A DNA stretch of 64,000 nt from Thermoguttaceae bacterium. Lineage in GTDB: Bacteria > Planctomycetota > Planctomycetia > Pirellulales > Thermoguttaceae. Shown here piece by piece: positions 52,971-63,865 of the stretch. Every line of letters starts with the position of its first letter. Position 1 is the first letter of the stretch. Where the stretch lies: assembly GCA_040766885.1 (NCBI GenBank), contig JAXGPP010000008.1:373659-437658 (forward strand), in the 5' to 3' direction. The notes under the pieces are model-generated. The model did not search any database. It was not told where the DNA came from and was given only the letters and a program-made list of their open reading frames with translations. The translations under genes were made by a program, and so were the position numbers.

Positions 52971-53426
52971 ATGATGCCGTGCCGTGGAATCCGGGGGGCG
53001 ACAACCGCCGACGACAACACGGGCGAAGCGATCCTCAAGGCGACGCGGGAACTGCTCGCACTGTTGATTCGGCAGAATGACATCCAACCGGAGGATGTGG
53101 GCAGCGCGATTTTTACCACCACTTTCGACCTGGATGCCGAGTTTCCCGCCTTGGCTGCCCGCCAATTGGGCTGGATGAACGTAGCCCTCATGTGCGGCCA
53201 CGAGATGGATGTGCCCGGCTCCCTGCGTCACTGCATCCGGGTGCTCATCCTCTGGAACACCGACCGCAGCCCGGAGGAAATTGTCCACGTCTATATCAAG
53301 GGCGCCTCGAAATTGCGCCCGGATCTTTGTGATATCCCCCCCGTAGATTGGGCAGAATTGGAAGGCTGGATCAATTCGCACCTGAACCAATCGGCCAGGC
53401 CCATTCGGCAAGGGAGTGACCAGTGA
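52971..53426 (+). CDS. aroH: AroH-class monofunctional chorismate mutase
   Basis: RGIRGATTADDNTGEAILKATRELLALLIRQNDIQPEDVGSAIFTTTFDLDAEFPALAAR ... CIRVLILWNT. Confidence 0.7.
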   Translation: MMPCRGIRGATTADDNTGEAILKATRELLALLIRQNDIQPEDVGSAIFTTTFDLDAEFPALAARQLGWMNVALMCGHEMDVPGSLRHCIRVLILWNTDRSPEEIVHVYIKGASKLRPDLCDIPPVDWAELEGWINSHLNQSARPIRQGSDQ

Positions 53427-53765
53427 CCAGACCACAGCCCGCCCGGTCATAGAGCCGACGAGTGGCATCCTGGTAATTGGAGTTTCATCTCGTCGCTTGC
53501 TTTCGCGGTACGCAACGCCTCAACTAACCCCCTCTTCCGTACTATCGTCGTTTGACAAACCGGGTGGAACACCGCAGTATACTGTTATTGCCAAGCGGGG
53601 CGGCCGGATGCCGGCAAGATCGGCAGTCAAGGGGCGAATAGCTCTTCAAACTGAGAGTCTTCGCCGGATTTGCCCCGGCGGATGTTCGCCCGGTCTGCGG
53701 CGTGTCCATGCTGTCACACCTCTCGGTCGCTGGCCACGATCGCGGCCCTAATCGGAGAATTGCGC

Positions 53766-54461
53766 ATGACCACGCTCACCGTCCTGTTTCTCGTCTGTGC
53801 CGCACTAGGCGGCACCATCCTGGTGTGCCAGTTCGTTCTCACGGCAATCGGCTTGGGAGGCGATCTGGAAGTGCACGACGGCGGGGGCGGCGACATGCTC
53901 CATGGCGACATGGGAGGTCACGGCGGCGCGGATTTCTCTGGCCATACCGATGTCGACGGCTCCGGGCTGCACCCCGATGGCGGCGCGGCCTATGAAGCGC
54001 ACGCCAATGCCACCAGCCACGCCTCCAGCCATTTGCTGGGGATGATCTCGTTTCGCACCGTGGTCGCGGCGCTGGCCTTCTTCGGCATCGGCGGCTTGGC
54101 CTCGCAAGGCGCGGGACTGTCAGCTCCCTGGACTGTAGTGATTGCAGTGACCGCCGGCTTCGGCGCGATGTACGGTGTTTACTGGGTGATGCGAAGCCTG
54201 TGGCTCTTGCAGGCCGAAGGCACGGCTCGCGTGCAGGGGGCAGTGGGGAAGCTGGGCGCCGTCTACCTTCGCGTGCCAGGTTACAACCAGGGCAGCGGGA
54301 AGATCCAGATCAATCTGCAGAATCGGACTATGGAGTACACCGCGGTCACGGCGGGCGACGCGATCCCCACGGGAGCTAAAGTTGTCGTAGTCGACGTGGT
54401 TTCACCCGATACGGTCGAAGTTGAGCCGGCCTTGGAGCCGGAAAGGATCGAAAATGCTTAG
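53766..54461 (+). CDS. NfeD-like membrane protein (flotillin partner)
   Basis: N-terminal TM helices and Gly-rich linker. The C-terminal beta-barrel reads GAVGKLGAVYLRVPGYNQGSGKIQINLQNRTMEYTAVTAGDAIPTGAKVVVVDV. Directly upstream of the flotillin gene. Confidence 0.6.
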   Translation: MTTLTVLFLVCAALGGTILVCQFVLTAIGLGGDLEVHDGGGGDMLHGDMGGHGGADFSGHTDVDGSGLHPDGGAAYEAHANATSHASSHLLGMISFRTVVAALAFFGIGGLASQGAGLSAPWTVVIAVTAGFGAMYGVYWVMRSLWLLQAEGTARVQGAVGKLGAVYLRVPGYNQGSGKIQINLQNRTMEYTAVTAGDAIPTGAKVVVVDVVSPDTVEVEPALEPERIENA

Positions 54462-56055
54462 TCCCCTCTTCGCACAAGAGCTTGAGCTTGGCGGTGCCGT
54501 CATGTGGATCGTGGTCGGCGTGATCCTGGTGGCGATGATGACCGTCACCGTCTTCGGCCTGATCAGCCGGCAGTATAAACGTTGCCCGAGCAACCGCATC
54601 CTGGTGATCTATGGTCGGTCCGGGCGTGGCGAAGCGGCCACGTGTGTGCACGGCGGCGCGAGGCTGGTGATCCCGTTGCTGCAAGACTACGGCTGGTTGA
54701 GCCTGGAGCCGATGCAGATCGAGATCCCGCTCCGCGGCGCGCTGTCGATGGAGAACATCCGCGTCAACGTGCCGAGCGTGTTCACCGTGGCCATCGGCAC
54801 CACGCCCGAGTTGATGCAGAATGCGGCCATCCGCCTCTTGGGCCTGGGCAACCAGGAGATCAAGAAGCAGGCCGAGGACATCATCTTCGGCCAGTTGCGC
54901 CAAGTGATTGCCTCGATGCTCATCGAGGACATCAACCGCGACCGCGACAAGTTCCTGGAAGCGATCCAGAGTTCGCTCGAGCCTGAATTGAAGAAGATTG
55001 GCCTGGTGCTGATCAACGTCAATATCACCGACATTACCGACGAGTCGGGCTACATCGAAGCCATCGGCCAGAAAGCCGCTTCGCAGGCTATCCAGAAGGC
55101 CCGCGGCGACGTGGCCGACAACGAGAAGATGGGCGAGATTCGCGTCGCCGAAGCCGAACGCGAGAAGGCCGTGCAGGTGGCGGGCAATACCAAGATTAAA
55201 GCGGTCGGCGTTCGCGAGGCAGCCCGCGATCAGGCGATTTCGATCGCCACCATGGACAAAGAGCAGCAGGTCGGCGAGCAGCGGGCCGCGTTCGAACGCG
55301 AGGCGTCGGTGAAGGACGCCGAACGCGAGATGCGGATCAAGCTGGCCGAGGCCAACGCCCGCGCGGTCGAAGGCGAAAACACGTCCAAGGCGGCCATCGC
55401 CGCCTCGCAAGCGGAACTTCAGGTCAAGCAGGCCGAAGCCTACCAGGTCGGCGAGACCCGGCAGCGCGTGGCGCAGGCCGCCGTGCTTGAAGCCCAGCAC
55501 CGCGCCATGGCCAAGGCGGCACTGGCCGAAGCCGAGGAGATCGAGGCCAAGCGGCGCGCGGAACTGGAAGCCCCGGCCAAGGCCGAGAAGGCCCGCGTGA
55601 TCGTCGATGCCGAGGCCGTCGCCGAGCGCCGGCGACTGGAGGCCGAAGGCGAGGCGAAGGCGATCTTCGCCAAACTGGAAGCCGAGGCCCGCGGCCAGTA
55701 CGAGATCCTCGCCAGGAAGGGCGAAGGTCTGCGGCAAATCATCGACGCCTGCGGCGGCGCCGAGGAAGCGTTCAAGATGCTTATGCTCGAACACTTCGAT
55801 AACCTGGTCGAGGCCTCGGCCAAGGCGATCTCGAACATCAAGTTCGATAAGGTGGTCGTGTGGGAAGGCAATGGCCAGAACGGGACCACCGCCACGGCCA
55901 ACTGGCTGCACAACATGGCCCGCACCCTGCCTCCAATGATGCAGGTGATGAAGGACATCGGCGGTGTGGAGATTCCTGAGACGCTGGCCAACTTGGCCGG
56001 CGTCCAAAAGGAAGGGGCGGCGGTGAGCGACCACATTTCGCCCGACGGCAAGTAA
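54454..56055 (+). CDS. Flotillin (SPFH/Band-7 family)
   Basis: An N-terminal TM helix, an SPFH domain, and a long Ala/Glu-rich coiled-coil (EAxxEAE repeats). Confidence 0.8.
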   Translation: MLSPLFAQELELGGAVMWIVVGVILVAMMTVTVFGLISRQYKRCPSNRILVIYGRSGRGEAATCVHGGARLVIPLLQDYGWLSLEPMQIEIPLRGALSMENIRVNVPSVFTVAIGTTPELMQNAAIRLLGLGNQEIKKQAEDIIFGQLRQVIASMLIEDINRDRDKFLEAIQSSLEPELKKIGLVLINVNITDITDESGYIEAIGQKAASQAIQKARGDVADNEKMGEIRVAEAEREKAVQVAGNTKIKAVGVREAARDQAISIATMDKEQQVGEQRAAFEREASVKDAEREMRIKLAEANARAVEGENTSKAAIAASQAELQVKQAEAYQVGETRQRVAQAAVLEAQHRAMAKAALAEAEEIEAKRRAELEAPAKAEKARVIVDAEAVAERRRLEAEGEAKAIFAKLEAEARGQYEILARKGEGLRQIIDACGGAEEAFKMLMLEHFDNLVEASAKAISNIKFDKVVVWEGNGQNGTTATANWLHNMARTLPPMMQVMKDIGGVEIPETLANLAGVQKEGAAVSDHISPDGK

Positions 56056-56251
56056 CCCGGCGGCAAGGGCACGGGTAAGTACGACAGGGTGTGCCTCGGC
56101 AGCGAGACACACCCTGTCGGTGTTTCTTGGGGCATGTCGGCTCCCGGGTCGGCTTGGCCATTAACGGGAAGTGCCTGGGATGCGGTGCGCTCCAAGGGGT
56201 GGTCTTGCCCCACACACATGCTCATCCGGCTTCACTGGGAGGATTTCTCTG

Positions 56252-57604
56252 ATGGTCCCGGTCGGGTGTTTTGAGCGCGCTGCGATCGCGTCGCTCGTTT
56301 GCGCCGTGATTGCCGCTTCGTGCTCGGCGGTCATGGCCCAGAATGATTTGCGGCTGATGAGGGTTCCCGATCCGCTCTCGGGCGAGAATCCGCCCCTGCG
56401 GCTGTTGCCGCAACCGGTGCCATTGCCGGGGGTACCTTCTGTCGACTCCCGTTTCGGCACGCAACTGACTCGCGTCACGCGCCAGCCGGGCATCCGGCAC
56501 GAATACGCGCGCTTCGACCCGTTTAACAAGGACCAGTCGCTGATCATGCTGCTCGTTCCGTCGGCGGGCGAATTCCGCGTATACCGCACCTATCCGCTCC
56601 CATTCGACGATGCAGGCAACTTCGTTCGCACCGTCGATTTTGAGGAGCCGCGGTGGGATCCGTACAACGCGAATCTGCTGTGGGGATTACGTGAGTTCCG
56701 CATCGTGACTTTCGACGTAACGACTGGTGAGACCACGACGGTCAAGGATTTTGCGCTCGATCCGCGAATCGGCCCCCTGCTCCGGTCCGAACCCGACCTC
56801 TACCGGATCACCACCAAGGGCGAAGGGGAGTCATCGCGCGACAACCGTTACTGGGCCTTGATGCTGCAAGGAAGCAAGGACGATTACAACCCGCGTTACG
56901 TGTTTGTCTGGGATCGGCGGCAGGATCGGGCCCTGGGCCTGCACGCGCTGCCGCCGGGCGGACGGGAAGTCGATTGGGTGGGAATGTCGCCCCTGGGCAA
57001 CTGGGTTCTTCTCGGTGGCGAACCGGACAACGGCGGCCAGATCGTCGGACAGCAGATTTCCAACCCGCTGCTCACCGAGTTCCATCAAATCGACGCCGCG
57101 GGTGGTCACGGCGATGTCGGCCTCGACGCCGACGGCCGTGAGGTGTTCGTGGTACAGAACTCGCGGACCGATTACATCGACATGCTTCCTTTGAGCGGCT
57201 CAACAAAGGCCATCACGGACGGAAACGAGGGCTGCGAAGGGACGAACCGCATACCGCTGGTTCGCCTTTTCTATGCCTCGGATTCACCGGTCGGTTTCAA
57301 CAGCGGCGTTCACATCTCGTGCAACTGCCCGGGCTGGTGCGTCGTTTCAACGTACATCGAGCCCGGCACGGAAGCGCGGAATTGGCTGGACCGCAGCCTG
57401 ATCCTTGTTCGGTTGGATGCCCGGCATCCCGAAGCCTTTTACCTGGCCAAACTGCACAACACGACGGGCACCTACTGGGAAGAGACGCACGCCACGATCA
57501 GCAATGACGGCGCACGAGTGGTCTGGGCCGATAACTGGGGACAGTCTGTCGGCCAGGAGAAATGCTTCCTCATGCAACTCGACAGGCCGCCTGCCGGCCG
57601 ATGA
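56252..57604 (+). CDS. Hypothetical secreted protein
   Basis: Signal peptide MVPVGCFERAAIASLVCAVIAASCSAVMAQ. No family assignable. Confidence 0.5.
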   Translation: MVPVGCFERAAIASLVCAVIAASCSAVMAQNDLRLMRVPDPLSGENPPLRLLPQPVPLPGVPSVDSRFGTQLTRVTRQPGIRHEYARFDPFNKDQSLIMLLVPSAGEFRVYRTYPLPFDDAGNFVRTVDFEEPRWDPYNANLLWGLREFRIVTFDVTTGETTTVKDFALDPRIGPLLRSEPDLYRITTKGEGESSRDNRYWALMLQGSKDDYNPRYVFVWDRRQDRALGLHALPPGGREVDWVGMSPLGNWVLLGGEPDNGGQIVGQQISNPLLTEFHQIDAAGGHGDVGLDADGREVFVVQNSRTDYIDMLPLSGSTKAITDGNEGCEGTNRIPLVRLFYASDSPVGFNSGVHISCNCPGWCVVSTYIEPGTEARNWLDRSLILVRLDARHPEAFYLAKLHNTTGTYWEETHATISNDGARVVWADNWGQSVGQEKCFLMQLDRPPAGR

Positions 57605-57629
57605 TGCCAGGCTCGGCGATCGGACACTG

Positions 57630-58928
57630 TTACGGCGCGCGATTCCAATAGATCACCAGGTTGTGTGTCGAGCGGCCGCTGGCGATGATGTCGAGGCGGG
57701 AATCGCCGTCGAGGTCGGCCACTTGCAGGTCTTCGCAGGCCATCGCATTGTCATCGACGGTTTGAGATGCCCATCGCTCACCCGAATCGTCGCTCGGCTG
57801 GAATAGCCTGATTCCCACCTTGCCATCCGCGTTCGGCCGACGCCAGCCAACGACAATCTGGTCGGAGCCAAGGCCGAGCAGGTCGGCGCACGCCAGGGCA
57901 TGGCCTTCCTTGAGATCTTCAGTGATCGCGATGCGGCGGTAGGTCGCGCCGTCGCTCTGCGGCAGGTAGATGGCGAGCGTGTTGCCATGCAGCGGTTCGA
58001 TCGTGGCGAAGAAGTGAAGGCCATGCAGTCGACCGAACCGGACTTCGCTCACGCCGCCATGTTCTCCGGAGCCAATCAAGCGTTTTTCCCAGCCGGTTGC
58101 CGAGCGGTTCAAGAGGCTGATTCCCTCGCGTGCGCCGATCGCGACTTCCTCATCGGAGTCGCGGTCCCACTGGAACACATCAAGGTTGTGGGTGACGTGC
58201 AGCGAGTCGTCGATCAACGAGGTGGTTGTGCGGGCGGGGTCGTCAAGCGGGATATCGTAGGCCAGTGTCCGAACGCCTGCCCCTTGGCCCTCGTTATTCC
58301 CGCGGCCATGAAGCGGGACAACCACAAGCCGGTACTCTCCCTTTCCATCGCGGACCCATCGCATCCGGTGCACGGTAGGCTCGTGGGGTAGCCGGACCGG
58401 GCGCCAGGGCTGGTGTGGGTCGTCGGGTCGGACCATGTGGAAGACCGCGCCGCTCGCCTCGAGATCGGCGGTCTCGCCTGGATTCCAGTTGGCGCCGACG
58501 GCGATCTCAACGCGATTGTCGCCGTCGAGGTCCCGGGCGGCGATGCACACATTGTCGCGAACGGTAAGGTTCTCGGCGATGACCGACTTTTTCCAGTCGC
58601 CATTGCGATACCAGACGATGCGCGACTTGTCGGCCAGGAGGATGTCGGGCCCGCCATCCCCATCGACGTCCCCGACAGCCAGTCCATAACCAATCGCAAC
58701 ATCGGCATCAATCGTCTGGGGCTCGAAGCGTACGGGCGGATCGGCAGCCTCGCCGGATCCTCCAACGAAGCTTGCCAGCGCCACCGCGATTGCGCCGATA
58801 CCCGATACATGGAACCTGTCTGGCCGATTGGACATCGCAAGAGACTCCCAGGACGCGAAAAGCGGATCGGGGGAATCATAGACGCCGAGCGGGATTCGGC
58901 CAGTTCCGCGAAGCTTTCGCCCGCTCAA
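57630..58928 (-). CDS. FG-GAP repeat (beta-propeller) protein
   Basis: Repeated D-x-D-G-D-G motifs: VGDVDGDGGPDILLADK, ARDLDGDNRVEIAVG and ADLDGDSRLDIIASG. Confidence 0.7.
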   Translation of the reverse strand: MSGRKLRGTGRIPLGVYDSPDPLFASWESLAMSNRPDRFHVSGIGAIAVALASFVGGSGEAADPPVRFEPQTIDADVAIGYGLAVGDVDGDGGPDILLADKSRIVWYRNGDWKKSVIAENLTVRDNVCIAARDLDGDNRVEIAVGANWNPGETADLEASGAVFHMVRPDDPHQPWRPVRLPHEPTVHRMRWVRDGKGEYRLVVVPLHGRGNNEGQGAGVRTLAYDIPLDDPARTTTSLIDDSLHVTHNLDVFQWDRDSDEEVAIGAREGISLLNRSATGWEKRLIGSGEHGGVSEVRFGRLHGLHFFATIEPLHGNTLAIYLPQSDGATYRRIAITEDLKEGHALACADLLGLGSDQIVVGWRRPNADGKVGIRLFQPSDDSGERWASQTVDDNAMACEDLQVADLDGDSRLDIIASGRSTHNLVIYWNRAP

Positions 58929-60406
58929 TCAGCCGATGGAAGCGCGACCCGGACGGCGTCCAGGAGCATCTGGGCCTGACGCTGCTGGTCTTCGCTGGGG
59001 GCGGAAGTCGGCGGGGGGAGCACGCCGTTGTCGAGCACGCCGTCCGGCCCCAGCACGTGGATGGAACCGCCACCCGGCAGATCGAGAATGAGTTTTCCGG
59101 GCGTCTCGCGCGGCGTGGACCGTTCGGCCGCGGCTTGATCCAGGATCTGGCCGATCGCCCCGTTCTCATCCCAGAGGAGTTGGCGTTCCGCGTTCAGAAT
59201 GAGGATGTTCTTTCCGTCCCGAAGGTGTCGCGCAGCCGCTTGAGCCACGCTGGTTTCGACCTTCTGTTCGTTGAAGGCGAAGACCACCAGGTCGGCAGGC
59301 GCCGACAGGTCGTCGCTGGCGAATGTCCAGTAGTGCCGGCTCAAGAGAACGAGACTGTTGTAGAGTCCCTGCGGTTCGCAATTGCCGAAGACAGGGTCAT
59401 CGGCCGGTTCATGGAGCACGATTCGCGGCCGGCGCCATTGCCGATAGGCAGAGGCATCGCGGAGGCGTTCGTCGTGCAACAGCCACGCCACAATATTGAG
59501 CCAGAGCCGGTAGTTGTCGGCATAGTGCAGAAAGCTCTCGCCAAAGAGGTTCTGATCGCCGACGATGACGATCCGGCCGCGCTCGAACTCCTTGGCCAGA
59601 ACGATGCCCAGCGGGCCGGCGGGCTCGTCGGCATCGGCGACGAAGTTGCCGTAGAAACCGGGGGCGTTCTCCTCGCCGAAAGGCCCGCTGATCCAGGCAT
59701 CGGCCCAGGACTGGTCGCTGGACCATGCCACGGCCCAACGCGAGTCCACCGGCCCGCCCGTCTGCAGCGCGATTCGCCGCAGGCCCTCGGTCACCGGGTG
59801 CGGATCAAACCGGGTAACAGTGATCCAGCCGGGACCTTTGGCGAGCGTATGGGGCGGCTGGTCGCAGGCCGTGTCGGTATACGACTCGATGCCCAATTCT
59901 GTCAGCAGCGGCTTGAGCCGCCAGGCGTGATAGTAGCAGTTGGTGTGGTCCGTGATCACGAGCATCGATCCGCCCCGGGCGATGAACGACCGGATGGCCG
60001 CGATCTCGGACACCAGCAGCGGAGGCCGCTCCGCCGACACGAGGTTGACAAACAGCATCCGGTAGCCGGCCAGCCGCTCGACATCGAGCACCCCTTCCGT
60101 GACGCGGTCGTAGCGTATGCCCTGGGCGCGGAGGTACTCGAACGGCCGTTGATAACCGGCCGTCTCATGGTACGCGTAAACGTCGGATCGCAGCCCCACG
60201 GTCGTCAGGTCATTCGCGTGGATTCCGTCGATCAGGACGCCCGTGCCCATGAGTGAATCCACCGGCAACTTCTCGTCCGCCAGACCGGTAGCCGCCATCG
60301 TCACGAGCAAGGCCAGACACACCCCTGCGCTGCCGCGGGCGGCCTTGTCACAAAGAACAGTGGGATGGGTTTCGGTCATCGATCGAGCCCTCGAGTGCCT
60401 ACACAA
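58925..60406 (-). CDS. Hypothetical exported protein
   Basis: 493 aa with an N-terminal hydrophobic segment. No recognisable catalytic motif. Confidence 0.45.
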   Translation of the reverse strand: MCRHSRARSMTETHPTVLCDKAARGSAGVCLALLVTMAATGLADEKLPVDSLMGTGVLIDGIHANDLTTVGLRSDVYAYHETAGYQRPFEYLRAQGIRYDRVTEGVLDVERLAGYRMLFVNLVSAERPPLLVSEIAAIRSFIARGGSMLVITDHTNCYYHAWRLKPLLTELGIESYTDTACDQPPHTLAKGPGWITVTRFDPHPVTEGLRRIALQTGGPVDSRWAVAWSSDQSWADAWISGPFGEENAPGFYGNFVADADEPAGPLGIVLAKEFERGRIVIVGDQNLFGESFLHYADNYRLWLNIVAWLLHDERLRDASAYRQWRRPRIVLHEPADDPVFGNCEPQGLYNSLVLLSRHYWTFASDDLSAPADLVVFAFNEQKVETSVAQAAARHLRDGKNILILNAERQLLWDENGAIGQILDQAAAERSTPRETPGKLILDLPGGGSIHVLGPDGVLDNGVLPPPTSAPSEDQQRQAQMLLDAVRVALPSAD

Positions 60407-60642
60407 GAATAGCCCACGGCAGTGGTCAAGAGACGCTGCTTCCGCGATTGGCGGCGGCGCGGTAGGCTACTCGCAGCCCGCGAGTCGAGGGCTGGCCCCC
60501 TCCGCCGCATCTGCCGCCCCCGGCGGAGCCCAGCTGCCGTGGATCATTGTTTTTCATCTGCTGGCCCGTCTGTTGGCTGACCACACCACGGCTTTTGTCA
60601 ACAATACACAGACTCCACTCGAATAACCTCCCGGAGAATGAT

Positions 60643-61797
60643 ATGCCCCCTCGCATCCTCGTGCTCTCCGCCTCGGTTGGCGCGGGACATCTCCGCGCGG
60701 CTCAGGCCGTCGAATTGGCGCTTCGCGAACTCGACCCGGCGGCGACGGTGAAGAACCTCGACGTCATGGAGCACACCACCGCCGCATTCCGCAAGGTGTA
60801 CTGCCGCGCGTACCTCGACCTGGTCAACAAGGCCCCGTACGTGCTCGGCTATTTCTACGACCTCATGGATCGCGAGCCCTCGCCACACCGCAAACGGGAT
60901 CAGCTCCGGCTGCTCGTCGAAAGGATCAATCTGCGGTCGTTCGTCCGCGTGCTCGAGGAAGAACCGTGGGACGTGATCGTCAACACGCACTTCCTGCCGG
61001 CGGAAATGATCGCCGTGCTGCGTCGCGAGGATCGGATCGCCACGCCCCAGTTCACCGCGACGACCGATTTCGAGACGCACCGGCTGTGGATCAACCAGCC
61101 CTGCGATCACTACTTCACCGCGACCGCCGAAGGGGCGGCAAACCTGGCGCGCTGGGGGGTGCCCGAGGCTGATATCACGGTCACGGGCATCCCGATCCAT
61201 CCGGCATTTGCGACCGCCAAAGACCGCGCGGCGTGCCTCGCCCGGCAGGGGCTGGTCGGCGACCGTCCGGTGCTCCTGCAACTGGCGGGCGGCTTTGGAG
61301 TCGGGCCGGTGGAGCAGATTCTCGACGAACTGCTCCGGATCGAGACGCCACTGGAGATCGCCGTGGTCGCCGGGCGGAACGAGGAACTGAAGAGTCGTCT
61401 CGAAGCGATTGCTCCGCCTGACCGCCACCGCGTGAAGGTATTCGCGTTCACCACCGAGATCGACGAACTGATGACCGCGGCCGACGTCGTGTTGTCGAAG
61501 CCCGGCGGGCTGACCAGCTCCGAGGCACTTGCCCGCGGCACGGCGATGGTGGTGATCAACCCAATCCCCGGCCAGGAGAGCCGCAACAGCGATTTCCTGC
61601 TTGAGAATGGAGCGGCCATCAAGGCGAATAACCTCGCCACGCTCGGATTCAAGCTCGGCGAGCTTCTACGCGACCCCGCCCGGCTCGCTCAGTTGCGGCA
61701 AAACGCCACCCGGATCGGCCGGCCGCAAGCGGCGTTTGAAATCGCACGAATGGCGCTCCAGTGGGCGCAGCGGGCCCGCTCAGGAAAGGAAAGTTAG
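60643..61797 (+). CDS. MGDG-synthase-family glycosyltransferase (GT28; processive diacylglycerol glycosyltransferase-like)
   Basis: MPPRILVLSASVGAGHLRAAQAVELAL ... C-terminal SKPGGLTSSEALARGTAMVVINPIPGQE. Confidence 0.75.
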   Translation: MPPRILVLSASVGAGHLRAAQAVELALRELDPAATVKNLDVMEHTTAAFRKVYCRAYLDLVNKAPYVLGYFYDLMDREPSPHRKRDQLRLLVERINLRSFVRVLEEEPWDVIVNTHFLPAEMIAVLRREDRIATPQFTATTDFETHRLWINQPCDHYFTATAEGAANLARWGVPEADITVTGIPIHPAFATAKDRAACLARQGLVGDRPVLLQLAGGFGVGPVEQILDELLRIETPLEIAVVAGRNEELKSRLEAIAPPDRHRVKVFAFTTEIDELMTAADVVLSKPGGLTSSEALARGTAMVVINPIPGQESRNSDFLLENGAAIKANNLATLGFKLGELLRDPARLAQLRQNATRIGRPQAAFEIARMALQWAQRARSGKES

Positions 61798-61871
61798 TGG
61801 AACAGAAGAGCGGGGAAACGGCTGGACGCCGCTTCCCCGTTTTCGATGGGCGAACAGAAGGCAGTTGCCCG

Positions 61872-62429
61872 CTATTCGGCCTTCTTCGCTTTGCCTTTGC
61901 CCTTGCCGGGCTTCTTCGCCTTCACCTGGCCGTCGACGAATTCCTGCAGGCTGATCTTCTTGTCGCCGTTCGTGTCCATCCGATTGAAGTTCTTCTCGGT
62001 CCGTTCAATCGCTTCGGGTTTCTGCTGCCTTCCCTTCATCTCCTCCAACGTCAAAACGCCGTCGCCGTCGCTGTCCATCATCTTGAAGCGGGCCTCCGCC
62101 GGCTTGTCAGTGAACTCCTGGAGGTTGAGCGTGCCGTTGCCGTCTTTGTCGAGCAACTTGAACACCTCTTCGGCCATCGCAACCGCCTCCGCCTTGCGGC
62201 GTCGCCCCTTGAATTCATCGACCGTCAACTGACCGTTGCCATCGGTATCCAACTTCTTGAACTGCTCCGCGGCCGCTTTCGCCGCCGGATTTTCGGCCGC
62301 CTGCTTCTCCGCCGCCGGTTTCTCCGCCGCCGGCTTGTCCTGCGCAAGCGCGCTGCCAGACGCGACCACGCCGGCGATTATCGCCGCCGTCACAACCCAT
62401 CCGATTCGCACCATGACTGCAACTCCCAT
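61872..62429 (-). CDS. Secreted EF-hand calcium-binding protein (4 EF-hand loops)
   Basis: DTDGNGQLTVDEF, DKDGNGTLNLQEF, DSDGDGVLTLEEM and DTNGDKKISLQEF, after an N-terminal signal peptide. Confidence 0.75.
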   Translation of the reverse strand: MGVAVMVRIGWVVTAAIIAGVVASGSALAQDKPAAEKPAAEKQAAENPAAKAAAEQFKKLDTDGNGQLTVDEFKGRRRKAEAVAMAEEVFKLLDKDGNGTLNLQEFTDKPAEARFKMMDSDGDGVLTLEEMKGRQQKPEAIERTEKNFNRMDTNGDKKISLQEFVDGQVKAKKPGKGKGKAKKAE

Positions 62430-63253
62430 TGAGGTTGGTGTTGGAAATGAAGTCCCTGCGCAGCGGGGCCGGAACTGCGGGCGAAAACCATTGCGGCAGC
62501 GATCATTCCAACCGGATACCGAAAACGCCCACGAAGATCAAACGGGAAACCGCGGGTCGATCGCCCTCTGCCGGGGCGGCGACGCACGGCTGCCATGCCA
62601 TGCCATCATAACTCAGGCAAGGCGGGCAACAACTGCCCGTGCGCTTTTTTGTCGCCGGTCCGCCGCGGCGGATGAAATGGGGCAGCGATGGGGAGGCGCG
62701 TGGTGCACCGGATAGATGATGGGCCGGCCCGGCCCCCGGACGCTCACGTTCAAGCAGCCTGCTCTGCGGCTTCTTCCGTCACGTCCTTGATGCCCAGGAG
62801 GCGCCCCCCCGCACGGAAGAACACTACAATGCGGCGTCCGGGCAGCCATACTGCCCGGTTTGCACCACAGTGGTAACGATATCCCGCGGAGTGTGAACGT
62901 CCACCCACCTTGATGCCATCGAAATCCGGCGTGGGGAACGCAGGATCTGCCGCGCCCCCGCGTGGAGCGAAAGAAGCGTCGGCGTGGTACATGAGAGACT
63001 CCCACCCGCAATCGGTGTTGGTTCCGTTCGCAAACTCGCAGTCGTCTACTGGAAGTGCTATTCGCACCACACGGTGGATTCTTGGCTCCCAAGCGATCGC
63101 TATGCCCTTCCCTGGAGGGAAGTGCGGCGGGCAGGACGCCGTACTGCGATCGCAAGTGAAGACACGAACTCGGCGACGCCGGTTCGCTGGAGCCGTGTGT
63201 CCGTCATTCTGGAACGCGACGCCTGCCCATGGGAAGACAGCGTCTGGCTCGTG

Positions 63254-63865
63254 TCATTTCTTGGGGCGCATCACGTAGGTGATCTCTTCCGCCGGCCAGA
63301 GCCAGCAGAAGCGCCGTTCATAGGCGTGCTGAGTGGCGAAACTCAGGTTGACCGCCGCCCGGACTAGACGCCCCAGCACGGCATCGATCGCACCGTGGCG
63401 GAAGAAGTTGATGCGCACGCGGTCGACAAAGAAGCGGGTGGGTGCATAGTGCGTTGGCACCCGGCGGCGAGGTTGATCCTCCGGATCGCAGAAATAGTAC
63501 ATGCTGAACAGGCCGAACTGGCGCACGTGCGTCGGATCAGACCAGGCGTAGGGATTGGAAAAGTGCGGCACGGTGACGGCGATCCGGCCGTCGCGGCGGA
63601 CGATGCGGTGCAACTCGGCCAAGAGCGGCACGAGGTTCTCGATGTGCTCCAGCGTGTGCCGGCTAACCACTTCGATCGCGCAATCGTCCGGCAGGGCGTC
63701 AAGCGGCCGATTCAGGTCGGCGACGATGTCGACGTTGTCCAGCGCGGCAACGTCGAGATTGTAGAAGCCGTCGCGGTTTCGCGGGCCGCTGCCCAGGTTC
63801 AGCCGCAGTCCGAATCCGGCGCGGAGGTCATCCAGGACAGCCGCGTTGACAATTCGCATCGCCAC
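63254..63865 (-). CDS. Class I SAM-dependent methyltransferase (type 11)
   Basis: LRLNLGSGPRNRDGFYNLDV ... LEHIENLVPLLAELHRIVRRDGRIAVTVP. Confidence 0.65.
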   Translation of the reverse strand: MAMRIVNAAVLDDLRAGFGLRLNLGSGPRNRDGFYNLDVAALDNVDIVADLNRPLDALPDDCAIEVVSRHTLEHIENLVPLLAELHRIVRRDGRIAVTVPHFSNPYAWSDPTHVRQFGLFSMYYFCDPEDQPRRRVPTHYAPTRFFVDRVRINFFRHGAIDAVLGRLVRAAVNLSFATQHAYERRFCWLWPAEEITYVMRPKK

